Below, in pieces: positions 12,801-24,935 of a stretch of DNA of 64,000 nt; the stretch's first letter is position 1; the number at the start of each line of letters is the position of its first letter. This DNA comes from Malacoraja senta (taxonomy: Eukaryota). The stretch spans positions 274,908,001 to 274,972,000 of the forward strand of contig CM075977.1 in the NCBI GenBank assembly GCA_038087875.1, in the 5' to 3' direction. Under the pieces are notes generated by a model, which saw nothing but the letters and a program-made list of their open reading frames with translations, was not told the origin of the DNA and did no database searches. A program made the translations under genes and the position numbers.

Positions 12801-13505
12801 AAGTGTGAATGTAATATTATAATGTTGCACTGCTTTTATGTGGGAATACCATTCAATGTGCCATTGAAATATATTTGTTGCCAGACGTTGACTAAATTTC
12901 AATGCATCACTTTTTTTAGCACCTTTAAAAAGATTGAGGGCAGAATCACAACATTTACCCACGCGGCAGTTCATTTCTTCTCCATTTCTCATAATACGTA
13001 GTGACCTTGTGCACAACGAGTGGTGATGCTTTGATTTAATGAGGCACTCCTTCCAACAATTGGTGAGCTACCCAAATTCAATCTCTTAAAGTAGGTTAGC
13101 GTCCAGCCGATCAGCATGGCCTATGCAGCACATTCTTATTAGGACCACAAAGGGTTTGCCCAGTCTCTGAAATGGCATTGAGAGCCAGGGTAAGAATCTG
13201 CTACTTTTGGGATTAGAACATTTTATGATGATGGAAAGTATGTGCTCATTTATAGGCAGTGATTCTGGATTACCGATAACGATATTCAGTTCATAGCAGA
13301 GAGACCGAGCAGTTTGAGAAAATCAAAAATACTGCACCTGCTGCAAATGCTAAATCAAAAAAACAGTAAATGCTGGAAACACTCAGCATCTGTGGAAGGA
13401 GAAAGGGCGGGAAGGAACTGCAGATGCTGGTTTAAACCAAAGATAGACACGAAAAGCTGTAGTAGCTCAGAGGGTCAGACAGCATCCTGGAGAAAAGCAA
13501 TAGGT

Positions 13506-13533
13506 GACGTTTCGGGTCGAGACCCTTCTTCAG
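13506..13533 (-). ncRNA. Minimal hammerhead-ribozyme-like core in a PLE-derived repeat
   Basis: Minus strand reads CTGAAGA-A-GGGTC-TC-GACCC-GAAA-CG-TC: CUGANGA, stem II, GAAA, palindromic ACGU, UH. Stem I is only about 2 bp or less; activity untested. Confidence 0.6.
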
Positions 13534-14309
13534 TTCTTCGGGAGAAGCAGTTATTGGTTTGAGTTGGAGGTCTCATGTCGGCAGTTTTATGAAGTGAATG
13601 CATTGGGTTCCATTGCATCATATCTCAAAGGACAGCATTTCTACTTCCCAGAAATGCTGTAATTTATTTTTATGGTTAGGTTGTTTTACTCTCTTCCTTT
13701 AAATGTTAAGATTATAATTTCAATTGAATTGCAATCTAAGTCCTTTATGATGCCAGGAATTTATACATTTGTGTAAAGATTGAATATTGGAAACTATCAG
13801 GATAAACTGCTCTATAATTGTGGCTTGGCATTATCATGAAACTATTCTGCCTGAGCACATTTGCCTTATCAGATGGGAACCTCTTATGTCTTTAGAATTC
13901 AAGTCTTTTTTTAAATCAAATTAATCCAAGGCCATAACTGCAATATGCCTGAGGGCACATTCTGCAGAGGAAAATTTGAAAAATTCATGGAAGCAAATTA
14001 TTAGGAGCCTATTTGGGATGTTGGAATGTGGGGTTATGTACGTTCTTGATAACATAGGTTTAGACAGGAAATTGAGCCACGATTTACCTTCCTGCCCAAA
14101 GATGTTTGTTTTATCTTGGGGGTCTATTTCCACACCTCTGCTGAGTACAGAGGGGCATTCCTGTTGTCTCATTGAGGCAAATGTCACCCTATCTATTCAC
14201 CGGTTCCCAGTGGAATAAGATCTCTTGTCCCTTTATGGGGTTGCATTGCTTAGGGTTTTACTGTGATGGAAATTCCATACATTCCCAGCATCCAACTGTA
14301 ACAGATTCA

Positions 14310-14683
14310 TTGTACAGGAAGGATCTGCAGATGCTGGTTTACGCTGAAGATAGACACAAAATGCTGGAGTACCTCAGCGGGACGGGCAGCATCTCTGGAG
14401 AGAAGGAATGGGTGACGTTTCAGGGGTGAGACCCTTCTTCAGACTGAGCGTCAGGGGAGAGGGTGTTACAGAGATAAGGAAGTGTAAGAGATCAAAAGAG
14501 ATGCAGATCAAGGAAAATGTAGAATAGTAGATGTTAGCTACGAGAAGGTGACAACAAACCAGATAGAAATACAATGTAATCAAAGGGGCAGTCAGACTGG
14601 TCACAGAACTGGGAAGGGGGAGAGATGGACCACTCCCCCTTCCCAGTTCTCTGACCAGTCTGACTGTCCCTCTGATTACATTG
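14310..14683 (-). mobile_element. PLE-derived non-autonomous element with an inverted 5' segment
   Basis: Shares the PLE 3' terminal repeat; 14572-14683 forms a hairpin with about 51-bp arms. Confidence 0.7.
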
Positions 14684-14949
14684 CAACAGATGTGTTGTCT
14701 GTTCCTGAGGCCTCACTGAGACAAATGCACCATATTGGATGAATATTATTCTCCTGTCATTGGTGAAGGTCAGGCAAAGGCAAATTCCCATCAACCTTCC
14801 TCAGCACAATGTAAAGAATCAGGTCCAATAGGATTTGGGTCTTACAGGTGCTGAAATGCATTAACAATTCTGACAGATGACTGGTGTAAATTCCAAAACT
14901 TTTGAGTAAGGATAAAATAAAATAACTTATATTATGCACCATATTTTGG

Positions 14950-15385
14950 TTCAGTTTAGTTTAGATGTACAGCACTTTGGGCCTGCCAAGTCCACACCAA
15001 CCAATGATCAGCATTAGACAGGTACATGGATAGGACTAGTTTGGAAGGATATGGACCAGGTGGGACTCGTGTAGCTGGGACATGGTGGCCAGTGTGGGCA
15101 AGTTGGGCTGAAGTGCCTGTTTCTTCACTGTATCACTCTATGACTCTATCAGCAGTTCACAGTAGTTCTATTACACTTTCTCATTCACTCCCTACACACG
15201 AGGAGCAATTTAAAAAGGTTAAATAACATACAAACCTGCCGGTCTTTGAGATGTGGGAGGAAACCTGACAACCTGGATGAAACCCACATGGTCGCAGGGA
15301 AAACATGCAGGGTCGAAGGTCAGGATTGAACCCGGGTCTCTGGTGCTGTGAGGCAGCTTCAGCCACTAACCACTGTGCTGCCTTC
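14950..15385 (-). mobile_element. Degenerate V-SINE with a nested CR1 tail (about 15015-15150, +)
   Basis: Reverse-complement tRNA head and V-domain; (GTTTA) tail. Confidence 0.65.
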
Positions 15386-15604
15386 GCTTACAGAAGGCAT
15401 AAGATAATTTGTTTAGACATGATTCATTTCCAATTGAAAACAAGTGGGAAAGTGAGCTTGCTATTTTTATGAGTTTGTCCCAAGATGAGAAATCATCAGA
15501 ATCATCATCCCTCAATTAATGAGTTGCATAAAGAGTTTTATATTACAACATCAGATTACTTTCACAAAAGTCAATGCACATTGAAGACAATATTAATAAG
15601 ATAC

Positions 15605-15684
15605 CTGTGCAAGCAGCATGAGAGCATCTCTGAAGTGCCCTGATGTTTCCGAATCAATATCCTCTTGAAGTTGTATGCCGAATT
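15605..15684 (-). CDS. ANXA10: Annexin A10 coding exon (exon 6 equivalent, 80 bp): (Q)FGIQLQEDIDSETSGHFRDALMLLAQ
   Basis: TAG acceptor, GT donor, phase 1/0. Human has QYSNNLQEDIYSETSGHFRDTLMNLVQ. Confidence 0.95.
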
Positions 15685-15974
15685 CTAAAATAAAAAAAAC
15701 ATTCAAATTATATTGCCAGCCAATGTGATTTTTTAAAATATATAGTTTGCACAATGGGTAAGGAACATCTGTGGTGTGATGTAACACTAGTCACCCAGAG
15801 TTCTTGAAATTAATTTGGAATGAGGTCACTTCTAAATTCAATAAATGTGTTCATGTTAGGACCAGTGAAATAGCAAATCAATAGAAACTTGTTTTTAAAG
15901 GCAAAAGTTAAAAAAAGGGTTATATTTGGCCTGGCCTCCTTATAAAGTGTCATGATGTGAGAATGATTGATATT

Positions 15975-16225
15975 GGTGCCGTGGTAGATTTGCTGTTTTG
16001 CAGCACCAGAGACCCTGGTGTATGGAGTTTGTACATTCTCCCTGTGACTGCGTGGGTTTTCTCTGGGTGCTCAGTTTTCATTCCACATTCCAAAGAAGTA
16101 AAAGTTTGTAGGTTAATTGTAAATTGTCCCTAGTGTGAAGGATAGTGTCAGCGTACAGGGATTGCTGGATCGGTGGACCGAAGCATCTGATATCCACGCT
16201 GTATCTCTAAACTAAACTAAACTCA
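15975..16225 (+). mobile_element. V-SINE
   Basis: V-domain and (TAAAC)n tail. Confidence 0.75.
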
Positions 16226-17826
16226 ACTGTAATAGTTATTAAATTCAATAACAAATGAATATGAATAACTCAGTCATAAGCAAAGATAAAAGTATTGCTA
16301 TTTTGAATCCCATTAACTTCCAACAGTCCAAATATCCAGACTATTCAAGCAGTGGTCTGACATAGTTCTGAGAATGCTAAGAATTTGCCTTTATGTAGTA
16401 AACCCAGTACAGCTTCTCAAGGTGGTTACCATATTTACCAACTATATCCAGACTGTTCAATCATCATCCGTGGATATGTCTTGTATGGACATAGTTGGGG
16501 TATATTCATTATCTCTGGGCGCCACAGCCTTCAGCTTCAGATCAATAATTAAAGACCAGTGGACATGACACCAGAATATTTGTTTAGAAGCTTGTTGTCT
16601 GCAAACCATCGTCATCTCCCTCAGAGAACCTTGTTCCAAACATTCACTGCAATTTGCTCCTAAGCATTAGTCTGATAAATGATATGAAACATGTAGCAAG
16701 GAACTGCAGATGCTGGTTTAAACCAAGATAGACACAAAAAACTGGATAGCTCAGCAGCTCAGACAGCATCTCAGGAGAAAAAGAATAGGTGACATTTTGG
16801 GTCGAGACCTTTCTGACAAATAGTAGTTTCTGTATATTGTCATCAGGATATTGTTGTCAACTCGCTCATTAAAAAAAGAGATTTCGTTAGCAGTACATTT
16901 TTGTTGAAATGCGTTAATATTTAGCTGTTATTGTTAGCTGTATTGCATTGGTCAATTCAGAATATGAGTAGAAAGATCATATAAGGTTCTCGACCCGAAA
17001 CATCACCTATTTCTTTCTCCAGAGATGCTGTCTGACCTGCTGAGTTACTTCAGCTCTTTGTGACTATCTTAAGTGATGTGAAACATTTGTGCTGCAAAAC
17101 AGTTAGATAATGGCCACCTTCAAAAAGAGAGAATAGGCATTAACCACCCCATGTGCTTCAGTATTCCATCAATGCAGTGTCCTGGAGGCATTTTTTTTAC
17201 CATTTCTGCCATAAATTAAGCTCTAGTACAGCGTTTCTCAACCGGGGTTCCGCAAGAGGTCGCTAGGGGTTCCGAGAGAAATAGTGATAAATAGGCTAAT
17301 CATATGTAAATGCATTTTTTAGTCTTTTTTTTGTGTTTAATTTCATATTCGTCATTTTATTATTCACGTACGGCATATTTAGCGATAACATATTTAGCGA
17401 CGTCTATACGGTGCTGGTGTGAAATGGCCTTTAGTGGTCAGTGGACAGGAACTGTATGTAACGGATTTGTGTATCATCAAGTGACTCACTCGAGGACTGT
17501 GATGTTTGGTGGACTGTGTGGGGTGGGAGGACCCGTTGCTCCTCCCGTGCAGCAGGTGGTGCTGCACAGGACAAACGGAGATGTTTTGCATATAGTTCTC
17601 TCCTGTCTGTGTGTGTGTGCAGCCATTTTGAGTTGTCTTGCTGCCAGCATTGAGTAAAGCATTAATGACTTCTGTTGTAAATTGAAGACTCTCAAGCTTT
17701 GTGCAGACCTAGAAAACGAACACGAAAGTGGTGTTGGGAGTGGGATACTTCGGATTGCGTCCAAAGACCCAGATAAGAGCCTGTTTTTTGATTTAAAAAA
17801 AAAAAAAAAACAGAACTCAAACAAAC

Positions 17827-19326
17827 ATGTCTCGGCAATTCGATCGTTTCGATCCCGAACGAGGAAGGCGGTTGTCGTATTTAATACGTGCTGAGTTTTA
17901 TTTTGAAAGTATGGCAATTACGACTGACCTGAGGAAGAAGGCTCTCTTGTGTTCATCAATGTCTCCAGAAACTTTTGCACTGCTTCAAAATTTACTTACA
18001 GAAGAAGTAACTGAAGCCTCATATGCTGAAATCACAACAACTTTGCAGCTGCATTTCGAAGAAAGTCAGAATTTCCTCGCAGCTCGCCTTGATTTCTACA
18101 GGACGGTGCAACAGGAAGGGCAATCGATTACCGAATTTCTTGCCGAACTTCGCACCAAGGCAAAGGCATGTGATTTTATAACTCAATGCTGCGAAAAGTG
18201 CCAAGACAATGCGTTGCGGGATAGACTAGTCATAGGCTGCAGGCACGCATTCATCCAGCAGGCGATTCTCAAGGAATCGGACGCCTCATTGAAGAATGTG
18301 CAGCAGTGTGCTAAGATGGCCGAGCTGCTGAGTAAAGAACTGCACAAAATGGCCGGCAAAACAGCGTTGAATTCCCTCAGGAGGTGCATACAGTTCGTCA
18401 GACTCATCCGCAATGCCAGAAGTCAGTTGATCAACCCAGAGCAAATCCGGAGAAGGTGGGACAGTTTCAGAAGAGCCGTTTCCCTGTGGGGGGGGGGATC
18501 GAAACCCTGCTACCGGTGCGGCTCGACTGCTCATCATCACCGTGAGTGCCCGTATATCAAGTCCGTTTGTTATGCCTGTTACTGAAAAGGTCATCTCCAG
18601 GCAGTGTGTCAATCTGTAGGAAAGCTGAGAAAGGGAAAGAAAGCGCAAAACACAGTCGACCAAATCACGGAGACCATTCCTATTGAAGTGCTCGGTGTGT
18701 CTACGATCACTGACAAGACGAGGATTTTGCTGCGGGTCTCGAACATTGATCTACAGTTCCAGGTGGACACTGGTGCGGCTGTGTCGCTAGTTGGTCAGGA
18801 CATCTGGGGGAGGATCGGATCACCGAAACTGAAACCGGCCAACATCCACCTTTTCGGATACGGACGAGAGCCCATTCCCATGAAAGCCAAATGTACTGTT
18901 GCCATTTCCTGTAATGGTATGACACAGATGTTGCCGCTGATTGTCGTTGGTAAAGAAGGTACATCCCTGTGCGCCATCGACTGGATCCATGGTTTCAAGC
19001 TTGACATGAACGCCTTGATCTACGATGGATCAACTATGGCATTGTCATCGACCACGGATTGCAACATGGTCAGCAAGTGCGAGAATAACCTGCGAAAATA
19101 GGACGTCAAATGGCACTGGTCCAAAGAGTGTGACCATGCATTCACCAGGTTGAAGAAGACGCTCGCCCAGAAGACGTGTTTAGTCCACTATGACCCATCG
19201 AAGCCGATCTCGCTGGCCGCCGATGCATTGCCATATGGTCATGGAGCTGTAATCTCACAAACGGTGCCGAACGGCAAGGAAGAACCAATCTCGTTCGCAT
19301 CCAAAACGCTGACGACCGCCGAGAAA
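17827..19326 (+). pseudogene. Gypsy gag-protease-RNase H remnant (single frame, two stops, RT core and integrase absent)
   Basis: Two CCHC knuckles CYRCGSTAHHHREC and CYACY*KGHLQAVC. Aspartic protease motif FQVDTGAAVS. Connection/RNase H WHWSKECDHAF...LAADALPYGHGAVISQ...PISFASKTLT. Confidence 0.9.
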
Positions 19327-19995
19327 AGTTCAAGTTCAAGTTCAAGTGAGTTTATTGTCATGTGTCCCTGATAGGACAATGACATTCTTGCTTTGCTTCA
19401 GCACAACAGAACATAGTAGGCATTGACTACAAAGCATTCTATAAATATATTCACACATGAATCAATATACTGATAAAGTGCAAATAACAGTATTGGCTAA
19501 TAAAGTTCAGTGTTATGTCCGAGCCAGGTTTAATAGCCTGATGGCTGTGGGGAAGTAGCTATTCCTGAACCTGGTCGTTGCAGTCTTCAGGCTCCTGTAC
19601 CTTCTACCTGAAGGTAGTAGGGAGATGAGTGTGTGACCAGGATGGTGTGGGTCCTTGATGATACTGCCAGCCTTTTTGAGGCAGCGACTGTGATAGATCC
19701 CATCGATGGAAGGGAGGTCAGAGCCGATGATGGACTGGGCAGTGTTTACTACTTTTTGTAGTCTTTTCCTCTCCAGGGCGCTCAAGTTGCCGGACCAAGC
19801 CACGATGCAACTCTACTGTGCACCTGTAGAAGTTAGAGAGAGTCCTCCTTGACAAACAGACTCTCCGTAATCTTCTCAGGAAGTAGAGGCGCTGATGTGC
19901 TTTCTTAATAATGGCATCAGTGTTCTCGGTCCAGGAAAGATCTTCAGAGATGTGAAGCTCTTGACCCTTTCAACCATCGACCTGTTGATATAAAC
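19327..19995 (-). mobile_element. Rex1/Babar LINE 3' end inserted in the Gypsy element
   Basis: RKRLQKVVNTAQSIIG...KKAGSIIKDPHHPGHTLISLLPSGRRYRSLK...NSYFPTAIRLLN; (TTGAAC)n tail. Confidence 0.85.
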
Positions 19996-20813
19996 TACAG
20001 CCAAGTGGAGAAAGAACAGCATACAGATAAGGCAAATACTGATATATCTTCAAAAGAGAACTGAGGAAAACTCTGTTGATTCTGAGCCTTTAGCAAGAGT
20101 TGTGAAATGCAAAAAAGGCTGGAAAAAATTAGTAAAGCGAGGTCTAGCCATATGGAGACGTTCAAACTGGAAAAGGGGAATGTGATGTTTGGTGGACTGT
20201 GTGGGGTGGGAGGACCCGTTGCTCCTCCCGTGCAGCAGGTGGCGCAGCGCAGGACAAAGGGAGATGTTTTGTATATAGTTCTCTCCTGTCTGTGTGTGTG
20301 TGTGCGCGCGTGCAGCCATTTTGAGTTGTCTTGCTGCCAGCATTGAGTAAAGCATTAAAGACTTCTGTTGTAAATTGAAGACTCTCAAGTTTTGTGCAGA
20401 CCTAGAAAACTTCAGGTTTTTTTTGCATTGTCAATAAACCTGATAAAAATGGAAGTTATTTTTTGCTTAAACCAGTTATCAGAAAAATATATTATGTTTT
20501 CCTTATGAACTTTAAGTTTATGAATGAGAAAGAAAGAGATTAATAAAGATCTATAATAATTTTTATGTAGGGGTTCCCTGTAACATGATAATTATTTCAA
20601 GCGTTCCGCAAGGGTAAAAAGGATGAGAAACGCTGCTCTAGTGTGTAAACTTTTAAGGTGCCTGGTTTAAAATCAGATGGTGATTTACTATGTTAGCCAT
20701 TTTAACACCCTCATATAAGTAAAGGACGCAATCTGGGTACTCCTGTGATGTGTGAAATAACTGGCACCTCGAAGGTTCTCTGTCAAAGCTTAAGCCAAGT
20801 GTATAAAGATCTG

Positions 20814-21606
20814 AGGTACACAGAAATGCTGGAGAAACTCAGCGGGTGCAGCAGCATCTATGGAGCGAAGGAAACAGGCAACTTTTCGGGCCGAAACCCT
20901 TCTTCAGACTGATAGGGGGTGGGGAGAAGAAAGGAAAAAAGGCGGAGGAGGAGCCTGAGGGCTGGGGGAGGGGAGGAGACAACCAGAGGGCTGATGAAGG
21001 GGAGGGGACAGCAAAGGCTAGCAGAATTGGGAGAATTCAATGTTCAAGCCCCCAGGATGTAGACTGCCCAAGCGGAATATGAGGTGCATTTCCTCCAATT
21101 TCCGGTGTTGCTCACTGTGGCCATGGAGGAGACCCAGGACAGAGAGGTCAGATACGGAATGGGAGGGGGAGTTGAAGTGTTGAGCCACCGGGAGGTCAGG
21201 TTGGTTATTGCGGACCGACCAGAGGTGTTCGGCGAAACGATCGCCGAGCCTCCGCTTGGTCTCACCGATGTAGATCAGCTGGCATCTAGAGCAGCGGATG
21301 CAATAGATGAGGTTGGAGGAGATGCAGGTGAACCTCTGTCGCACCTGGAACGACTGCTTAGGTCCTTGAATGGAGTCGAGGGGGGAGGTGAAGGGACAAG
21401 TGTTGCATCTCTTGCGGTTGCAAGGGAAAGTACCCGGGGAGGGGGTGGTACGGGAGGGAAGGGAAGAATTGACAAGGGAGTTACGGAGGGAGCGGTCTTT
21501 GCGGAAGGCAGACATGGGGGGAGATGGGAAGATGTGGCGAGTGGTGGGGTCACGTTGGAGGTGGCGAAACTGACGGAGGATCACTTGTTGTATGTGACGG
21601 CCGGTG
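20814..21606 (-). mobile_element. 5'-truncated Penelope-like element with an open GIY-YIG endonuclease frame
   Basis: Cys-rich linker CNRKRCNTC, then NLIYCIRCSRCQLIYIGETKRRL..RFAEH, QHFN, GLN. 11-bp TSD ATAAAGATCTG at 20803-20813 and 21607-21617. Hammerhead-like motif at about 20879-20907. Confidence 0.92.
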
Positions 21607-22367
21607 ATAAAGATCTGTCTGGCTACAGACAGAATAATACCCAAGACAATAGATAACATGCAGGAAAGAGCAGTTTGCTTGATGTGGGCTGGACTGAATA
21701 TTCAACTCTGTATCAAAGGTGTTTAGTTCCTGAGGCATGTGTGGCCTGTAATGAATGTCGCCACAACCTATAGAACATCATCAAATTCATCTTCCGATCC
21801 ACCAACTTCTGCAATTGAGGTTTTCAATATTCTAAAAATAATACTCCAAATTTTTTCAGAAGAAACAAACCTAATTGCTTAAAATGGACCAATCCTTTTT
21901 TGTTGCAAGGACAAAATCTTATTACTATGGGCCTAACTCAATGAAACACCAATGAAGGGAGGTGCCCACTTAATAACCCCAATGATACACTTGCATCTAC
22001 AGGATTAGTTTTTTTTAAATGAGCTAATTAATATGTGGGTTGCGGTTTTTTGCATATGGAGTCATTTATTGTAAGTTGGTATATTTAGTTAGATAGTTAG
22101 ATAATACTTTGGCTTTGGGCTTGGTTTTCTTAGTTTGAGTGCTTATCCTGGAGTTTTAGCACAAGTACTCTGTGTTTTCATTGTAATTGGGATCAACAAC
22201 ATCATAAGAATTACAATGGTTCAGCCACTGGGCCACAACTATTTTCTTGTAGCAAACAGTGGTGTTTCATAAATATGGTTTGGCTAGTGTCACCTCATTC
22301 TAAAGTGTTATTTCTGGACATTTGAATTGAAAGTTATTATTTGAATATAATGTAAAAAATACATTAC

Positions 22368-22458
22368 GCATCATGTAGCATTCATTGATTGTGTAGATCT
22401 CACTGTTTGTTCTTGAGGCAAGAATTTCAATTAGACAGTTTTCATCTGTGCCTGCACC
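22368..22458 (-). CDS. ANXA10: Annexin A10 coding exon (exon 5 equivalent, 91 bp): GAGTDENCLIEILASRTNSEIYTINECYMM
   Basis: AAG acceptor after a pyrimidine tract, GTAATG donor, phase 0/1. Carries the GxGTDE repeat-2 Ca2+ loop; human has GVGTDENCLIEILASRTNGEIF. Confidence 0.95.
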
Positions 22459-22719
22459 CTTTATATGAAAAGAGAAAATAAAATAGTTAATCGAATACCC
22501 TTGTAAAGGTCTTACTAGATTAATAGGTCTGTGAAACAAATGCATTTGTGCCATGATATCAACTGAGAAATAATGTATTTTGCAACACTAGCAATTTAAC
22601 TATTTAACCCTTACAGTAAACCAGTTTCCTCTTGTTTTAAACATCTGTGCTATTGGAAATATTTATCGCTACCACCTATTCTATCTGGGAAAGGTTTCTT
22701 ACTATCTGTCTGAAAAGAG

Positions 22720-22850
22720 TCTGAAGAAGGATCTTGACTCAAAACGTGACCCATTCCTTCTCTCCAGAGATGCTGCCTGTCCCGCTGAGTTACTCCAACA
22801 TTTTGAGTCCATCTTCGGTTTAAGCCAACTTCTGCAGTTCCTTCCTACAC
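22720..22850 (+). mobile_element. PLE-derived short repeat with a degenerate hammerhead core, nested in a minus-strand CR1 relic
   Basis: CTGAAGAAGGATCTTGACTCAAAACGTG followed by the family 3' sequence; TTTCTTACTATCT is duplicated on both sides. Confidence 0.7.
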
Positions 22851-24596
22851 ATTTCTTACTATCTATCTTTCTATGCCTCTCATAATTTTGTATACTTCTA
22901 TCAGATTCCCCCTCCCCCCCCCCCCCATATTATTCTGCTCCACTGAAAGTAGAACAATCCGAACCTATGCATAACTGAAATGCTCTGCCCCTTGCAACAC
23001 TCTGAAGAATCTCTTCTACACCCTCTCCAGTACAATCATGTCCTTCCTATAATGCAGTGGCCAGAATTGTACGCAGCTGTGTTCTAACCAATGTGATATA
23101 ACATTGTACCATAACCTTCCTGCTCTTAAATTCGGTGCTGTAATGAAGACAGCTACCTTGTTTGCTTCCTTCACCGCCACATCTACCTGTGCTGTTATCT
23201 TCACTGATCCTTTAACTTGTCTATCCAGATCCTTCTGCTTTGTTTGGATGATAATGATGCAACATAACAACAATGATGAGATACGAGGAATTGCAAAGGC
23301 TGGTTTGCAAAAAAGTTCTGGAGTAACTCAGTGGGTCAGGCTGTATCCCCGCAGAACCTGGATGGGTGAATTTTTGGGTTGGAACCCTTCTTAAGACTGA
23401 TTGTAAAGGGGGTGGGGTGCAGGTTGGGGGGAGGAGACAGCTGGAAGAGAGGTGAGGGCAGGACAAAACCTGGCAAGTGATAGGTGGATTCAGGTAAGGG
23501 GAGTTTCTGATAGGCAGATGCTTAGACAAAGGCCAGAGATGAAAAGACAAAAAAGTGTGAGATAAGGATAGTAGAAGTAAAAATTGTAAGAAAGGTGGAA
23601 ATAGGTGGAAGGGAATGGGTTAGGAGGAAGTGGTGAAATGAGTGTGGATCCAGGTGAGGCACAGGGAAGCGAGGGGGTGAAGAAAAAGGATGGTTTGCTT
23701 ATTATGAAAATGTTCACATAGCATAATTTCTATTTCCTAACCACATGGTTGACCCATTGCAAAATTAGTTGTGGAACATACATAATTCTAATTAGGGTGC
23801 TTGCCTCCCATTATTATTGCATGCGAGGCTTTCCTTATGTGAAAAGGACATAGTCATCTTAATGATAGATTTAGGTCAGTTATGATTCAATGCTTAAACT
23901 CCATTGGGAAATGTTTGTTCTGCATCATGTGATGCATCTGGAGATTCACATTATTTGATAGTACAGATTTTCTGTTGCCATGCTGCTATATTGAATTTAA
24001 GAAACTTAAATGTTAATCAGAATACTAGACTGGCAAAACAATCATACTGAATGTGTCTGCATATGCAGAACCTTCCACTCCCCTGTTGTCAGTGCTGGCA
24101 AATTACTGTTAATAATGCTTCTGTTTTAAGATAAAATATTATCTAAGATGCCCTCAGACAATCAATGGTAATGTAAAAGTTGCTAATATTATAATGAGGT
24201 AAGGAAGAATATTTAATCTAAATGTGACCTTTAACCTACCTGAATAAACTTAATGGAATTTTTAATAATGACTTCAATGTTTTTGCAGTTACCAATTACT
24301 GTAAGTCTTTTAACATCATCTTGAAATTTAATTAGTGCCATGGAATTAAATTCATCAGGCCTGTCTGTCAAATTATAGTTTATTGCAGCAATGAGTCATG
24401 AAGCTAGGCTGTGATTTCTCACTCTGCAACATAAACAACTAATAATGCGAAATAATGTTTCAAATCACTGTTTAACTGCTGTGCAGAATTGAAGCTGCAG
24501 GTTCTTTTTTTGGTTCTGCAAGTAAAAAATAATCATATTTCAAACCATGGAGCACAATGATTTTATTTTTAACTGTGTCTTTCCATGCTGCTTAAG

Positions 24597-24897
24597 AGGG
24601 CAGCACGGTGGCGCAGCGGTAGAGTTGCTGCCTTACAGCGCTTGCTGCGCCCGGAGAACCAGGTTTGATCCCGACCATGGGTGCTGCCTGTACAGAGTTT
24701 GTACGTTCTCCCCATGATATGCATGGGTTTTCTCCAAGATCTTTGGTTTCTTCCACACTCCAAAGATATACAGGTATAAAATTGGCTTTGTAAATGTAAA
24801 AAAAAATTGTCCCTAGTGTGTGTAGGATCGTGTTAATATGCGGGGATCACTGGTTGGAGGGCCTGTTTCCGAACTGCATATTTCTAAACTAATCTAA
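24597..24897 (+). mobile_element. V-SINE, full length
   Basis: tRNA head, V-domain and tail as at 252-568. Confidence 0.85.
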
Positions 24898-24935
24898 AGA
24901 GGAAACTTATCTATAGCTGATAAATTAATACATAA

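Larger units (their letters stand above)
17498..20414 (+). mobile_element. Internally deleted Gypsy (Mag-like) LTR retrotransposon
   Basis: LTRs about 17498-17722 and 20181-20414 (TG start, about 7 substitutions plus a GT-microsatellite indel). Leu-tRNA-like PBS TGGTGTTGGGAGTGGGAT at 17729-17746. PPT AAAAGGGGAA at 20171-20180. No clear TSD seen. Confidence 0.92.
17229..20635. mobile_element. hAT-Charlie-type non-autonomous transposon hosting a Gypsy element
   Basis: TIRs CAGCGTTTCTCAACC / GGATGAGAAACGCTG. 8-bp TSD CTCTAGTA (17221-17228) vs CTCTAGTG (20636-20643), close to the Charlie NTCTAGAN target. Subterminal GGGTTCCG motifs. Confidence 0.88.

Noticed and set aside
21084-21656. 190-aa plus-strand ORF
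   Set aside because: Antisense shadow of the PLE GIY-YIG frame.
22459-22461. AAG splice acceptor of ANXA10 exon 5 as an anomaly
   Set aside because: Uncommon but well within normal U2 acceptor usage; exon size and phase are canonical.
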